Notes: generated from the letters alone by a model not told the origin. A DNA stretch of 64,000 nt from Escherichia coli (GCA_902500125.1 GCA_902500125.1_4132.1), one strand, 5' to 3'; positions 21,977-31,950 are shown, counted from the first letter of the stretch. Program-made: numbers and translations.

Positions 21977-22434
21977 TTATGTTTAAGAATTTTATGGTTA
22001 TCGTAGCAGTACTGTTTGGTACATCATGTTTCATTTCCCCAGTACACGCAGAAGAACAACGTCAAACTATTAAAACTATTGGGACTGGTAAAACTCCCCC
22101 TAAACGTACTGCTGAAGAATACATGCCTGAAATGCGTGAACGTTATCGTCAGACATACAGGGAAAAACATGCTAATGATAAACCCATCAAGAAGCATAAA
22201 TGGGAAGTTGTTAAATCTCCTTCATTTTGTGCTGGATATGCTAAAGTAAAGATTGAGCAGCACAAAAAACAGTACTATAAAGATATGTATTCCTTCTATG
22301 ACTCCAGAATTTCTGACACAGATATGATGGCAGGGAAGGTTGATAAAGAAGAATTTCTACAAGGCTATGATATGATGGACGATGACAAAATCATGGAATG
22401 CGTTGAAGTGTATGAAAAATACAGAGGCTTCTGA
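21973..22434 (+). CDS. secreted/periplasmic hypothetical protein
   Basis: track ORF; signal-peptide-like N-terminus ending ..SPVHA-EEQ. Confidence 0.5.
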   Translation: MIMFKNFMVIVAVLFGTSCFISPVHAEEQRQTIKTIGTGKTPPKRTAEEYMPEMRERYRQTYREKHANDKPIKKHKWEVVKSPSFCAGYAKVKIEQHKKQYYKDMYSFYDSRISDTDMMAGKVDKEEFLQGYDMMDDDKIMECVEVYEKYRGF

Positions 22435-22910
22435 TGTTAACAATAGTGTTGTTGGTTAGTCCATTTGTGTATTTTGTGCTGTATAATATTTTTAGTAATG
22501 CTAATCATTTTAAATATGCACAAACAATTGCAAAGCATGAAGGTTTTTGGAATTTTTTCCCAGCATTACTATGCTCATATCTATACCATGAACGCTATTT
22601 CATTTTTCCTGAATATAAAAATTATGGTTATGATTCTAAAGTAAATGGTATAATTGAGTACTGTATAAGAAATTATCTTAATAATAATGATAACGTCCAA
22701 GTAAGAATAGGAAATGGTAATATATCAAGAATAGTTTTCATACCTGATATACAAGACCCAATATACTTATATCCATATGATTATAGTATTAGTGTAGGTT
22801 GTTCGATACATGGTAGTAAATCTATGTACGATTATTTTATCTTACCACCAACACAAATTAGATTAATAGAAAAATATTTGAGGGAAAAGTTTGACAACAA
22901 AGATTCTTAG
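22434..22910 (+). CDS. membrane-anchored hypothetical protein
   Basis: track ORF; hydrophobic N-terminus. Confidence 0.5.
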   Translation: MLTIVLLVSPFVYFVLYNIFSNANHFKYAQTIAKHEGFWNFFPALLCSYLYHERYFIFPEYKNYGYDSKVNGIIEYCIRNYLNNNDNVQVRIGNGNISRIVFIPDIQDPIYLYPYDYSISVGCSIHGSKSMYDYFILPPTQIRLIEKYLREKFDNKDS

Positions 22911-22952
22911 TATTATAATTAACACACCAAGTAACCCAAGGGGGGATGGAAA

Positions 22953-23411
22953 ATGGATGTATTAGCTACAAATTTCAAACGTAACACAGAAGAGCGTGAA
23001 GGTTATTTGAGTATTAGTGAAGTTGTCGATGACAATTTTAAACAATACATTTTTAATAGTGCAATTAAATTAAAATGCACAAAAGATTCACCTGATCGTA
23101 GCTTTACTAAATGGATTGCGTATTGGGAAGATTCACCAGTTGCAATTGAAATGACTGTGATTACAACAGTACTTGAAACTGGTTACATCAAAGCCATTAT
23201 AGTTGATAAGAAAGTCCGTACTCTTGATGAAATTAATCCATATCCAGCCCGAAATTCTAAAGTTTTTGGTGTGTTGGTTGATGGTAAATTTATGATAGAA
23301 AAAGATGCAAAGGAATATGTAATTAATAAACTTCAAACTACATCAGAAAAAAAGGAAGTAGTGGACCAAAACTATGTTGATGCAATCAAAAAAGCATGGG
23401 GACTAAAGTAA
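22953..23411 (+). CDS. hypothetical protein
   Basis: track ORF; RBS GGGGGATGG upstream. Confidence 0.55.
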   Translation: MDVLATNFKRNTEEREGYLSISEVVDDNFKQYIFNSAIKLKCTKDSPDRSFTKWIAYWEDSPVAIEMTVITTVLETGYIKAIIVDKKVRTLDEINPYPARNSKVFGVLVDGKFMIEKDAKEYVINKLQTTSEKKEVVDQNYVDAIKKAWGLK

Positions 23412-23412
23412 T

Positions 23413-23835
23413 ATGTTCACACTAAGTAATGCAAAATATCTTTTTCTTATTAGTATTATTGGTTGGGTTATGGCTCCAGTGCTAAATGCACTGGGGTTTT
23501 CCGATGAACATAAACTTTTAAATGTTTCAGGTTTAATTCAGGGTATTTCATGGTATACATTAATTACATTTTCAGTGTGCATCAATACATTTGCCCGTGA
23601 ACATCGACGTTTGTTATATCTGAAAGTATTTGGAACTACCCGATATAGTTTTGTTTACACTTTCATTTTAGTACCGTGTATGTTATATGCATTTGTATTT
23701 GATTACTATACATATCTATGGGTATGTGGAACTATGTTTGTTATGTTGGAATACATCAGAACTGTTCAAAACTCATATGCCGATGAATTTCATGATCTAG
23801 AAGTTAAACGAAAATTAACGGAGCTAAACAAATGA
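23413..23835 (+). CDS. multi-pass membrane protein
   Basis: track ORF; several hydrophobic segments. Confidence 0.5.
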   Translation: MFTLSNAKYLFLISIIGWVMAPVLNALGFSDEHKLLNVSGLIQGISWYTLITFSVCINTFAREHRRLLYLKVFGTTRYSFVYTFILVPCMLYAFVFDYYTYLWVCGTMFVMLEYIRTVQNSYADEFHDLEVKRKLTELNK

Positions 23836-24257
23836 GAGGTTATAATAAGATTTGTATTTTTGTATTTTTAGTTTGTGCATTCAATTCGTTTGGTTACTAC
23901 TGTACAGAAAATAATATTTCATATGGTTTAAATCCTTTGTGGTTTACAATTTCCAATGTAGCACAAATTGGTATTGCTCTTATGTCTGCACTTATGTTCT
24001 GTCCAATTGTCACTATGGATACTGATCATGAAAGGCTTGGATTTCTCCGTGATACTGGAGACGAACCTTACAGTAGATTGATTGTGTTGTATCCATTTAT
24101 TGTTATTTTAGGTACTAACATCCAACTTGGGTCATTATCTAATAGTGTTACATCAGCAGCTATTGCTATATTTGCATTCACATTTTTTATGGTACACAAA
24201 TCAGTACTTAATTGGTATATCACAAAAATGGCAGAAGAAGGTACTAAAAATACTTGA
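23832..24257 (+). CDS. multi-pass membrane protein
   Basis: track ORF; several hydrophobic segments; ATGA overlap. Confidence 0.5.
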   Translation: MRGYNKICIFVFLVCAFNSFGYYCTENNISYGLNPLWFTISNVAQIGIALMSALMFCPIVTMDTDHERLGFLRDTGDEPYSRLIVLYPFIVILGTNIQLGSLSNSVTSAAIAIFAFTFFMVHKSVLNWYITKMAEEGTKNT

Positions 24258-24316
24258 CATAATTTAGTATGTTATATATAATTATTTTGTTAAAAACAAA
24301 TTAGAGTAAGGAACTT

Positions 24317-24568
24317 ATGAACATCGATAAGGTCAAAGAACTTAGTGCTGCACTAATTAAGAATGAAGAAGTTTGTGAAGAACTTCGCAGTACTATCAAA
24401 GTTGAGTACGCACGACTCCAAGGTATGCTTCAAGAATCAGAATGGGTAGTAACTAAATCTATCGAAGCAATCTATAAGGATATCGAATCCCTTTTCAACA
24501 AGAAAAGTAAGATTGAATCTGATTCATATAACAAACGTAAAGAGTTATCTACTGCACTTGGTATCTAA
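24317..24568 (+). CDS. hypothetical small protein
   Basis: track ORF; RBS AAGGAA; promoter TTGACA..TATATAAT upstream. Confidence 0.55.
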   Translation: MNIDKVKELSAALIKNEEVCEELRSTIKVEYARLQGMLQESEWVVTKSIEAIYKDIESLFNKKSKIESDSYNKRKELSTALGI

Positions 24569-24642
24569 AAGTATTTGACATAACAAATAATATGGAGTAC
24601 AATGTGCTCCTAATTTAATTATCAGCTAGAAAGGAAAACATT

Positions 24643-24903
24643 ATGAAATCTATTCTCGTTGCAGTTAACCTAGTTGCTTCCCCATCTTTCAACTTCAAAC
24701 AAGTGGTTGCTGATAATCTGAAGAAGATCTGTCCAAACGCTGAATTAACTTTCTGTGTGTTTGATTCAGAAAAAGTAACTAAAGTTGATCTAAACTATCT
24801 TTTGAACGAAGTAAAAAGCGTTTCTGGTGAAAGTAACTTAAAAGTTCTTCATGATATTGCTGATGATTATGATGATACACTTGTAATTTCGGAGAAATTC
24901 TAA
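24643..24903 (+). CDS. hypothetical small protein
   Basis: track ORF; RBS AAAGGAAA. Confidence 0.55.
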   Translation: MKSILVAVNLVASPSFNFKQVVADNLKKICPNAELTFCVFDSEKVTKVDLNYLLNEVKSVSGESNLKVLHDIADDYDDTLVISEKF

Positions 24904-24908
24904 ATAAA

Positions 24909-25328
24909 ATGTTTAGATTTCTTCAGTACTTAATCATTAAGTTCTTTGGTTATCATACGATTGAAGGAAAAGCTACACTTGCACATAAAATCTTTGTAGC
25001 ATTATGTACGGGTGATTATGACGTATTGAATAAGTACTGTAAATCGCAAGCATGTATTGATATAATGGCACTTCGTATCTATGAGTGCCAGTTCAATAGA
25101 TATAATTTTTACCAGTACAGATTTGATAAAGAAGAATTTGATAGCATCAAAATGCTAAAGAATTTATGTAACAATAAAAAGAATATGCATATATCAGAAT
25201 TTGTTGCTTTGTATTTTTATTTAAAAAGTTCATTGTATATGAACACGATGCAAAGATTCGATACTAGAATTAATGTATTCACCGATAAAGAATTTTATAT
25301 ATACGATAAATTCTTAGATAAGGTTTAA
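24909..25328 (+). CDS. hypothetical protein
   Basis: track ORF. Confidence 0.5.
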   Translation: MFRFLQYLIIKFFGYHTIEGKATLAHKIFVALCTGDYDVLNKYCKSQACIDIMALRIYECQFNRYNFYQYRFDKEEFDSIKMLKNLCNNKKNMHISEFVALYFYLKSSLYMNTMQRFDTRINVFTDKEFYIYDKFLDKV

Positions 25329-25329
25329 T

Positions 25330-25827
25330 ATGACAACTGTTTATATTGATAAACGATTAAATTTATTGATTACCGATTCTAGAGTTACGTCAACTATACC
25401 ACGAAACTTATTTGGTTTTTTTCCACTAAGACCAAAATATCAATATGGAGTTGTTAATCAAAAAACTTTATATGTACATGACCGTTTATTCAGTGCTAGT
25501 GGGGCAGTAAGTGAAATTGATAAAGTACTGGATTGGTTAATTAATAAAGTACCAGTTATACCTGACAGAAAGTTAAGTTGCCATTGTGTGCTTCTTTCTA
25601 AAGATTATGTTATTCATATGATTTTAACTAAAGGAAAGTTTATTAAAAAACTTGAATATCTACATGAAGACTACACTTTCTTTATGGGCAGTGGTGGAGA
25701 ATACATGGTAGATGCTGCTATTCATGAAGAACATACAACTTTATATGATAAAGTGTTTAGTACTTTCATGGATGTGCATAACCATGATTGCTTCACAGAT
25801 GATAATATTAATGTATATCGATTTTGA
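25330..25827 (+). CDS. hypothetical protein
   Basis: track ORF. Confidence 0.5.
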   Translation: MTTVYIDKRLNLLITDSRVTSTIPRNLFGFFPLRPKYQYGVVNQKTLYVHDRLFSASGAVSEIDKVLDWLINKVPVIPDRKLSCHCVLLSKDYVIHMILTKGKFIKKLEYLHEDYTFFMGSGGEYMVDAAIHEEHTTLYDKVFSTFMDVHNHDCFTDDNINVYRF

Positions 25828-25848
25828 TTTCGTCATTAGGAGATGTAA

Positions 25849-26814
25849 GTGAAAAAGCTTGATTTAAATACAATTGCCGAAGAAGTTCTGGATGAATGTT
25901 TTGCTAATGAAGAAGTCAACACACTAGAAGCCTTAGATTTCGTTGAAGATAAAGATGAAAATGAAGGTAAAGTACAAAGCAGTTTCAAATATAATATTAC
26001 ACTTAAGCGACCACCAAATGTTTCCAATGAAGATCTAATTCGTGATATTCAAGCTGGTATCAATGTAAAGAAAAACACTGAACTGTTAGTTCGTTACAAT
26101 TATGGACTTATTATTGATGTAGCAAGTAAATGTACTTGTTATATCCCATTTGAAGATAAGATTTCATATGGTGTTGAGGGGTTCATGAGAGCACTAAAAA
26201 CCTTTGATCTTAATAAGAATGTTAAGTTCATTACCTATGCTTCTTCTAGTATTTACATGACAGTCTATAACGAAAGTTCTGACGCTAACTATATGGTACA
26301 CTTCCCACGTTATATGAGTGTTCATAAGATCAAAGTAAAAAGATTCTGCCAGGAATATATGCGTAAACATGGTGTTCGCCCAACTCCTGAAATAATCTCA
26401 GAGGGTACTGGGATTGAGATTCAGCATGTTAATAACTGTTTGTTATTTCAAAGCGAATACACTTCTCTGGATGCACCATTAGACGGTGTTACCGATGGTA
26501 CACTAGGTGACATTATTCATTCACCTGCTTCTGATTTTAACCTCAATGTTGATAGTATTCGTGCACCTTTACGTTATGCTATCAATGAACTGACTAACGA
26601 ATTGAGTACTAAAGAACGTGAGATTATCCAGCGTGTTCATGGTCTAGGTGAATATGAACCTGAAACGCTTCGTGAGATTGCTGATAATGGTTTTGTTGAT
26701 GATAATGGAAAATATGTTAAATCCCGTTCATCAATACACCGAAAGTACAGTGAAGCTATGCAAAAGCTTAAGAAGCTAGTACTTGCAAAAGGGTACGAAT
26801 ACGAAGATTTCTAA
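25849..26814 (+). CDS. sigma-70 family RNA polymerase sigma factor (phage-encoded)
   Basis: GTG start after AGGAG RBS; region-2-like YGVEGFMRALKTFDLNKNVKFITYASSSIYMTVY and region-4-like EREIIQRVHGLGEYEPETLREIAD. Confidence 0.6.
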   Translation: MKKLDLNTIAEEVLDECFANEEVNTLEALDFVEDKDENEGKVQSSFKYNITLKRPPNVSNEDLIRDIQAGINVKKNTELLVRYNYGLIIDVASKCTCYIPFEDKISYGVEGFMRALKTFDLNKNVKFITYASSSIYMTVYNESSDANYMVHFPRYMSVHKIKVKRFCQEYMRKHGVRPTPEIISEGTGIEIQHVNNCLLFQSEYTSLDAPLDGVTDGTLGDIIHSPASDFNLNVDSIRAPLRYAINELTNELSTKEREIIQRVHGLGEYEPETLREIADNGFVDDNGKYVKSRSSIHRKYSEAMQKLKKLVLAKGYEYEDF

Positions 26815-26819
26815 AGAAA

Positions 26820-26848
26820 AAAGGTTGGCTTATGCCAACCTTTTTTTA
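26820..26848 (+). terminator. rho-independent terminator (GGTTGGCTTATGCCAACC plus T7)
   Basis: perfect stem and T-run directly after sigma factor stop. Confidence 0.7.
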
Positions 26849-26884
26849 TGGGATGAAGTAAAAGTTTGTGATATAATTATCTTG

Positions 26885-27370
26885 TACAATTCTGTTGGCA
26901 TGATATTCATGTACCTGATCCACTCGAAAACGTAGAGGGCAGTTGAGCAGTCCGACAGTGCGAACAGCAAAAGAAACCCGTTAGATGTGGGCATAGTTTG
27001 AACCCCTCACGGCAATGCGGCTGTATAAAGAACCACGTTAGGATAGCTGGTGGTTCCTTGATAGACATATAAGGATAACACCTTACGAATTATCTAAGGG
27101 AGAGTTATCGAATTTTGTACAGGAAAGTTGCGTCCAAAATTTGAGTACTCACATTAAGTATTTGATTGCATAGATACTTAATGAAGATACACTATGTTTA
27201 AAAGTGTAGACCGTCATATGAAACTGAAGTAGAGAGAAACAGGATGACCCGCTTTCGCACTCGTTATGAGTAATCTTCAATGCAATAGCTCTGATACCAT
27301 CAGCGTCAAATTTCCCTCCGTGCGGGGGGGAAGAAAAATCCCTTCCTCAAATCCCGTCAATATTAAAAGT
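26885..27370 (+). ncRNA. candidate large structured ncRNA of unknown class
   Basis: ~500-650 nt with no ORF >=60 aa on either strand; visibly GC-richer; TGTGATATAAT extended -10 promoter at ~26868-26878 like those before tRNAs; GC hairpin near 27310-27330; next promoter at ~27375. Confidence 0.4.
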
Positions 27371-27465
27371 CCTTGACAGTTATGATTCATTCGCGTAGAA
27401 TACGTAGTATTAGAAGCGAACAGACATCTCGAAGAGATGGATGATTAACCACTAAGGAATATCTA

Positions 27466-27675
27466 ATGAATTCAGTAATCTTTTTAATTATTGCTCTTTC
27501 ACCACAATCTGGTGTACAAATCACCCCAATGAATTCAATGAATCAATGCATTGCAGTACGTGACAGTACGTATGAACAAGTAAACAGCGTTTCACTTAGA
27601 ACAGTTGGTGAAGAATTAATGTGGTGTTACAATAGTAATACTAAAGAAAAACTAATTGTTGGACAAACAGAATGA
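27466..27675 (+). CDS. hypothetical small protein with hydrophobic N-terminus
   Basis: track ORF; RBS AAGGAA. Confidence 0.5.
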   Translation: MNSVIFLIIALSPQSGVQITPMNSMNQCIAVRDSTYEQVNSVSLRTVGEELMWCYNSNTKEKLIVGQTE

Positions 27676-27899
27676 GTTATGGTGTTCGTTTTGAGATTCG
27701 TTCTATTGTTATCAATGACGAGAAACAAGCATCGTTGGATGACGATATACGAGAACTATATCTATCATGTATCCGTGCAAAATCTGAAGCAGATGCATTA
27801 TCACAAATGATTGGTTTTAATTTCTTTCATGGATACTATTTGGTACGAGTTATCGAAGTTAAAAAAGTCACTTTTGAGTGTCTTGCTGGAGAAATATAA
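27672..27899 (+). CDS. hypothetical small protein
   Basis: track ORF; ATGA overlap. Confidence 0.45.
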   Translation: MSYGVRFEIRSIVINDEKQASLDDDIRELYLSCIRAKSEADALSQMIGFNFFHGYYLVRVIEVKKVTFECLAGEI

Positions 27900-27900
27900 A

Positions 27901-28695
27901 ATGAGCACTATAGATGAATTGATTCGCCGGAATTCAAAATACTACGAACCATCAGAAATTGTCGGCAACATTACTAAATCTGAGTTCGGACCAAATACTC
28001 GAAAACTCATTCATGTAATGTCACGTGATGGCTTTAAATGTGATTGTTGTGGTGAATCCAATGTGGTATTCACTTTACATAAGCACAGTACTAAAGACCG
28101 TTATAAATTCAGACCTTATGTACTTAAAGGGAAACGCCTTGTACGCATGACGTTAGACCATAATGTACTGGACTGTCTTCAGGGCGGTAATGATAAAGAG
28201 AACATGACTGCATTGTGTGAGGATTGTAACGCATTACGCCAGCATAAGTTTGCTGAGTACAGTGAGTTTAAGCACTGGTATCATAACGAGGATCGTTCTA
28301 TCGAGCCTGACGTTAACTACTGCTTCATTGAGTATATTAAGAATGCTAAAGATACATACATTCTTAAATCAATGTCACCTATTACAGTGTTCCCTGAGAA
28401 TCTATTCAGTACTATGCAGCGTGATTTTAAACGTGGTATCATTAATGCATTCAAACATTTAGACAAAGGTATCAAGCACTTTGAGGTGCAATGCTTAAAT
28501 GAAGGAATGAATCGTTTAGTACAAATTTACATGAAATCATTTATAGGTGTTGACACCGCACGTCTACCAGTATATAATTACTTTATTGAAAGCGAAGAAG
28601 GTGAATCACTTCGTGATTATGGTGAAAGATTTAATAATAAAGTTTCCACTGCAATCGCAAACGAGATTCATTACTATAAACCATATGTAATTTAA
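27901..28695 (+). CDS. HNH endonuclease
   Basis: track ORF 27811..28695 trimmed to ATG (MSTIDEL); CDCCGES Cys cluster and LDHNVLDCLQGGNDKENMTALCEDCNALRQHK HNH motif. Confidence 0.65.
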   Translation: MSTIDELIRRNSKYYEPSEIVGNITKSEFGPNTRKLIHVMSRDGFKCDCCGESNVVFTLHKHSTKDRYKFRPYVLKGKRLVRMTLDHNVLDCLQGGNDKENMTALCEDCNALRQHKFAEYSEFKHWYHNEDRSIEPDVNYCFIEYIKNAKDTYILKSMSPITVFPENLFSTMQRDFKRGIINAFKHLDKGIKHFEVQCLNEGMNRLVQIYMKSFIGVDTARLPVYNYFIESEEGESLRDYGERFNNKVSTAIANEIHYYKPYVI

Positions 28696-28709
28696 TTAGA
28701 GGATATATC

Positions 28710-28892
28710 ATGCAAATCATCATTCTTATCGTAGGTATCATTCTTGGTGTATATGGTCACTCCTGGATGAACGAGAAGTTCCCTAATACCCGTCCTGAGT
28801 ATTGCAGTACTAATGTATTCCAGAATGGTGAGAAACCAAAGGATAGTATTGGTAAGAAACTGGACAAAGTACTTGATGTGATCAATGAATAA
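28710..28892 (+). CDS. small membrane protein
   Basis: track ORF; hydrophobic N-terminus; RBS GAGGA. Confidence 0.5.
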   Translation: MQIIILIVGIILGVYGHSWMNEKFPNTRPEYCSTNVFQNGEKPKDSIGKKLDKVLDVINE

Positions 28893-29103
28893 GGGCCATA
28901 AAATGTTTAAACCGAATTCCAATGTTGGTAAGAAAGTTCAATTACTTGAAGATGTATCCACCATGAGTGGAATTTTCCCAAGAGGTCACATCATGACTAT
29001 TATTGCCGAAACATCCCGTGGGTGGGATTTGGAAGATGCTGATGGTAATCGCATCCTTGAGGCTGGATTCTATGGTCATCGTGAATATAAAATCGTTGAT
29101 TAA
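28885..29103 (+). CDS. hypothetical small protein
   Basis: track ORF. Confidence 0.5.
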   Translation: MNKGHKMFKPNSNVGKKVQLLEDVSTMSGIFPRGHIMTIIAETSRGWDLEDADGNRILEAGFYGHREYKIVD

Positions 29104-29199
29104 GGATACAACATGACTTTAGAGATTGTCTTTGGTATTGTTAGCTTAGTCGTCTGTGTGGGTTGGTTTGGGTATCTGATGATTTTTAGTGATTAATAC

Positions 29200-29227
29200 T
29201 TGACATAAGATATCAGTACTGTATAAT
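29200..29227 (+). promoter_or_regulatory. sigma70-type promoter TTGACATAAGATATCAGTACTGTATAATG
   Basis: consensus hexamers with CAGTACTG in spacer; near-copy at ~29548-29578. Confidence 0.55.
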
Positions 29228-29272
29228 GTTTATATCAAACGAAATCCACTTTAACAAATGATAGGAAATATT

Positions 29273-29551
29273 ATGTCTTTTTCTAAAGAAGAACGTGACC
29301 TTATTAAAAAAGCAATTTGGTTTTATGCTAATGAAGGGAAGTGCGATGAAGAAAAAGCACGTGAACTGTGTAATATCCTTGAGAAGAAACAAGAACTGAA
29401 AGTGTATCGTATCCGTGATTTGGATGAAGGGGATCGTATTGTCCTAGCTGAAACAAAAGAAGAAGCAGAACAAATCTTCACTGATAAAAACGAAAATCCA
29501 CATTGGATGGAAGAAGTCTGTGAAGTAAAAAAAGGTACTTATATCGATTGA
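29273..29551 (+). CDS. hypothetical protein
   Basis: track ORF 29258..29551 trimmed to ATG (MSFSKEE). Confidence 0.5.
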   Translation: MSFSKEERDLIKKAIWFYANEGKCDEEKARELCNILEKKQELKVYRIRDLDEGDRIVLAETKEEAEQIFTDKNENPHWMEEVCEVKKGTYID

Positions 29552-29669
29552 CTGTACTGAATAATAGCAGTATAATGTTTATATCAAAGGGAATGCAGTG
29601 AAAGGAAAGACAGCATAATCGTACTCGTCACTGCGTTTCCACCCTTTTAAATTAAATGAGGAATTAACT

Positions 29670-29978
29670 ATGTTTCAAACTAACACTCAAGGTTTTGTAA
29701 TCATCGATTTGAACCAAAACAGCGGTTATTGGATGAAACCTACTGACGCATGTATGCAGTTTGATTTTTTAGGTTACAGGATTAGTGTAAGTACTGGTGC
29801 TTCTGTACTGAGGGGTGGTTGTATCGTTGAACATCTGGTAACTGATCCAGAAGGTCGTGAGTATGAAATCGCAGGTTCAGTACAAGATGCCATTATGTTT
29901 GTATGTCAGCGTGAAATGAATAGTTCGAATTCAAATGCACTGACTCATGCTCTTTCTCAAGAAGTGGAGGTTCGTTAA
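29670..29978 (+). CDS. hypothetical protein
   Basis: track ORF; RBS GAGGAA. Confidence 0.55.
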   Translation: MFQTNTQGFVIIDLNQNSGYWMKPTDACMQFDFLGYRISVSTGASVLRGGCIVEHLVTDPEGREYEIAGSVQDAIMFVCQREMNSSNSNALTHALSQEVEVR

Positions 29979-30229
29979 TGAAATATATCGTAGCAGTACT
30001 CGTCGCATTTCTACTCACTGCATGTGATGCTTCTACCAAAGAACGTACAAGTGATTTTGTTCTACCTGCTGAATTAAAAGAAGCAGGGTGTAAGATTTAT
30101 CGTATGCAACAAGATGGTGCTGGTGCGACTTTGTACACTGTGTACTGTCCTAATGCAAACACCAGTACTGGATACACTAGCGGAAAAACACGAATCAACA
30201 CTTCAGTGATTAATGGAGTACAACAATGA
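29978..30229 (+). CDS. putative lipoprotein
   Basis: track ORF; signal peptide with lipobox LLTAC (MKYIVAVLVAFLLTAC|DAS). Confidence 0.6.
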   Translation: MKYIVAVLVAFLLTACDASTKERTSDFVLPAELKEAGCKIYRMQQDGAGATLYTVYCPNANTSTGYTSGKTRINTSVINGVQQ

Positions 30230-30594
30230 GCCTTGATACAACCCGTGCAACAGATTTATTCACTCGTCTGAATGATGAAGAATATCTTGCTGAAATAAAG
30301 TACAAGCTTGAAAAACTGGCTCGAAGTGCTGAAGTAATTGAAGTTAAAGGTCATTTACCAATGGATCAATTCCATACGTTCAAAGAAGATATGGTTTATT
30401 ATCCAAATGAAATTTGGATTGAGTGGGAACATTGGACTAACAAAACTCTACGCATTGAAGGTTATTGTGTGAATTATGAATCTGAACCTGGTGATGTTAC
30501 AAAAACTCTCTCCATTTGGTGTACAAAAACACATGAACTAGTTGAGGTGAATTTGAATTATATGAAAGGTTTCCGTTGGGGTGATATTCAATGA
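30226..30594 (+). CDS. hypothetical protein
   Basis: track ORF; ATGA overlap. Confidence 0.5.
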   Translation: MSLDTTRATDLFTRLNDEEYLAEIKYKLEKLARSAEVIEVKGHLPMDQFHTFKEDMVYYPNEIWIEWEHWTNKTLRIEGYCVNYESEPGDVTKTLSIWCTKTHELVEVNLNYMKGFRWGDIQ

Positions 30595-30866
30595 TTAAAA
30601 AACTATTGACAGTTGTCTTTGTATTCTGTACAATGTTTCTTACAGCATGTAATGATGACGGCAGGTTTAGTGCAAAAGACTTAGTTCGTCAGGATTGTAC
30701 ATTCACAGGTAAGTCTTTTATTAACGAGTATGAGGTATGTACACAATCAGGTCGTATCTGTGGTGGTTGGGAAAAACGACAGGAGCGATTGTATGTATAT
30801 GAATGCCCTGGACATCTCAACAAAGTACTAAGCACACACAAACTGGTTTATGATAAGGTTGAATAA
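30591..30866 (+). CDS. putative Cys-rich lipoprotein
   Basis: track ORF; signal peptide with lipobox FLTAC (MIKKLLTVVFVFCTMFLTAC|NDDG); 6 further Cys. Confidence 0.6.
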   Translation: MIKKLLTVVFVFCTMFLTACNDDGRFSAKDLVRQDCTFTGKSFINEYEVCTQSGRICGGWEKRQERLYVYECPGHLNKVLSTHKLVYDKVE

Positions 30867-31081
30867 TGACTACCAATGAAATGATGCAGGTTATTTGGGA
30901 TAAAGGTTGTGATATTAAAATCACTAGTACTGATGTTCGTGTATTCAAAACTGAATATATGGAGTACTTGGATCTTGATACTTATAATAATATTGTATCA
31001 ATCGAACACAAAGGTGCAGTACTGGAAACAATTGACGTAGTACTGAAGAAAGCTACCGACCTATTAGGAGCGGCAGTGTGA
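30866..31081 (+). CDS. hypothetical small protein
   Basis: track ORF. Confidence 0.5.
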   Translation: MTTNEMMQVIWDKGCDIKITSTDVRVFKTEYMEYLDLDTYNNIVSIEHKGAVLETIDVVLKKATDLLGAAV

Positions 31082-31234
31082 ATAACAAAGAGTGGGAAGA
31101 GTACCGTAAGAAGTGCAGGGAGTTTGATAAAGAACTAACTGGTACAGTGAATGCAGTAATGTGGGTATCTGTAATTATTGCAGTTCTTGCGTTGGGTGCT
31201 ATTATTATTAATAAATTATTCTAAGGCGAATATC

Positions 31235-31435
31235 ATGTTTACTTTATATCTCGCAGTAGTTCTCACCAATGGTGAAATCACTCGTACTATTGGTGAAGGT
31301 GTATATAAAACACCAGACCAGTGCTACTCTGCTACTCATTGGCCTCGCGATAGTGGGGATGAAACTCGCACTGAATTCAAATGCATGAAAGTAAAAGGTG
31401 ATTTTGTTAACCTTAAGGTTATCGAGGCGAAATAA
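31235..31435 (+). CDS. small secreted/membrane protein
   Basis: track ORF 31178..31435 trimmed to ATG after AAGGCGAA RBS; hydrophobic N-terminus. Confidence 0.45.
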   Translation: MFTLYLAVVLTNGEITRTIGEGVYKTPDQCYSATHWPRDSGDETRTEFKCMKVKGDFVNLKVIEAK

Positions 31436-31950
31436 TGGATATTAATGAGTTGTTGATCTTATTGTTTAATCGTGGAAATGATGTAAGACGTTCTGAATAT
31501 CAAGACAAAATTCACATTGAAACTGATAAATGTTATGGTAAAACAACTCATGAGATTTTGAAGCCAAATGGCAAACGATATGCCGATGTATGTTTTCATG
31601 AACGAAGTGATGGTAGTGAAATAATCAGTACTGAAATTGTGTTTTATGATAGATCCTCGGCAGGTTCGTATGAAATAGAACTTATATATTGTCCTGGTTC
31701 AGAAACACACAATAAACGTCAGATATTATATGATGTTTATTCACCTCCAGGTGTAGCTGAATATTTTGTTATTGATTACAGTACTGAAGAAAGTGTGTTT
31801 CAACAGAGCTTGATTCATAACTTCCAGTTGAATGATCCAAATGTACCAAAGTTGTTCAAACTACTCGATACTATCGATGTTGATTTTGAATTTGTTATGT
31901 GCATTAGAACTTCCTTGATCGATGAATTTATGGAACTACTTAATATATGA
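31435..31950 (+). CDS. hypothetical protein, EExFQxSTV-motif family
   Basis: track ORF; TEESVFQQSLIHNFQ motif. Confidence 0.55.
   Translation: MDINELLILLFNRGNDVRRSEYQDKIHIETDKCYGKTTHEILKPNGKRYADVCFHERSDGSEIISTEIVFYDRSSAGSYEIELIYCPGSETHNKRQILYDVYSPPGVAEYFVIDYSTEESVFQQSLIHNFQLNDPNVPKLFKLLDTIDVDFEFVMCIRTSLIDEFMELLNI

Noticed and set aside
26885-27370. Assignment of the ORF-free island to a named RNA class (tmRNA, RNase P RNA, group I or II intron)
   Set aside because: No tRNA-like 3' domain, no group I P/Q/R/S core, no domain-V-like hairpin; a faint AGAAACCCG resemblance to RNase P is too weak to claim.
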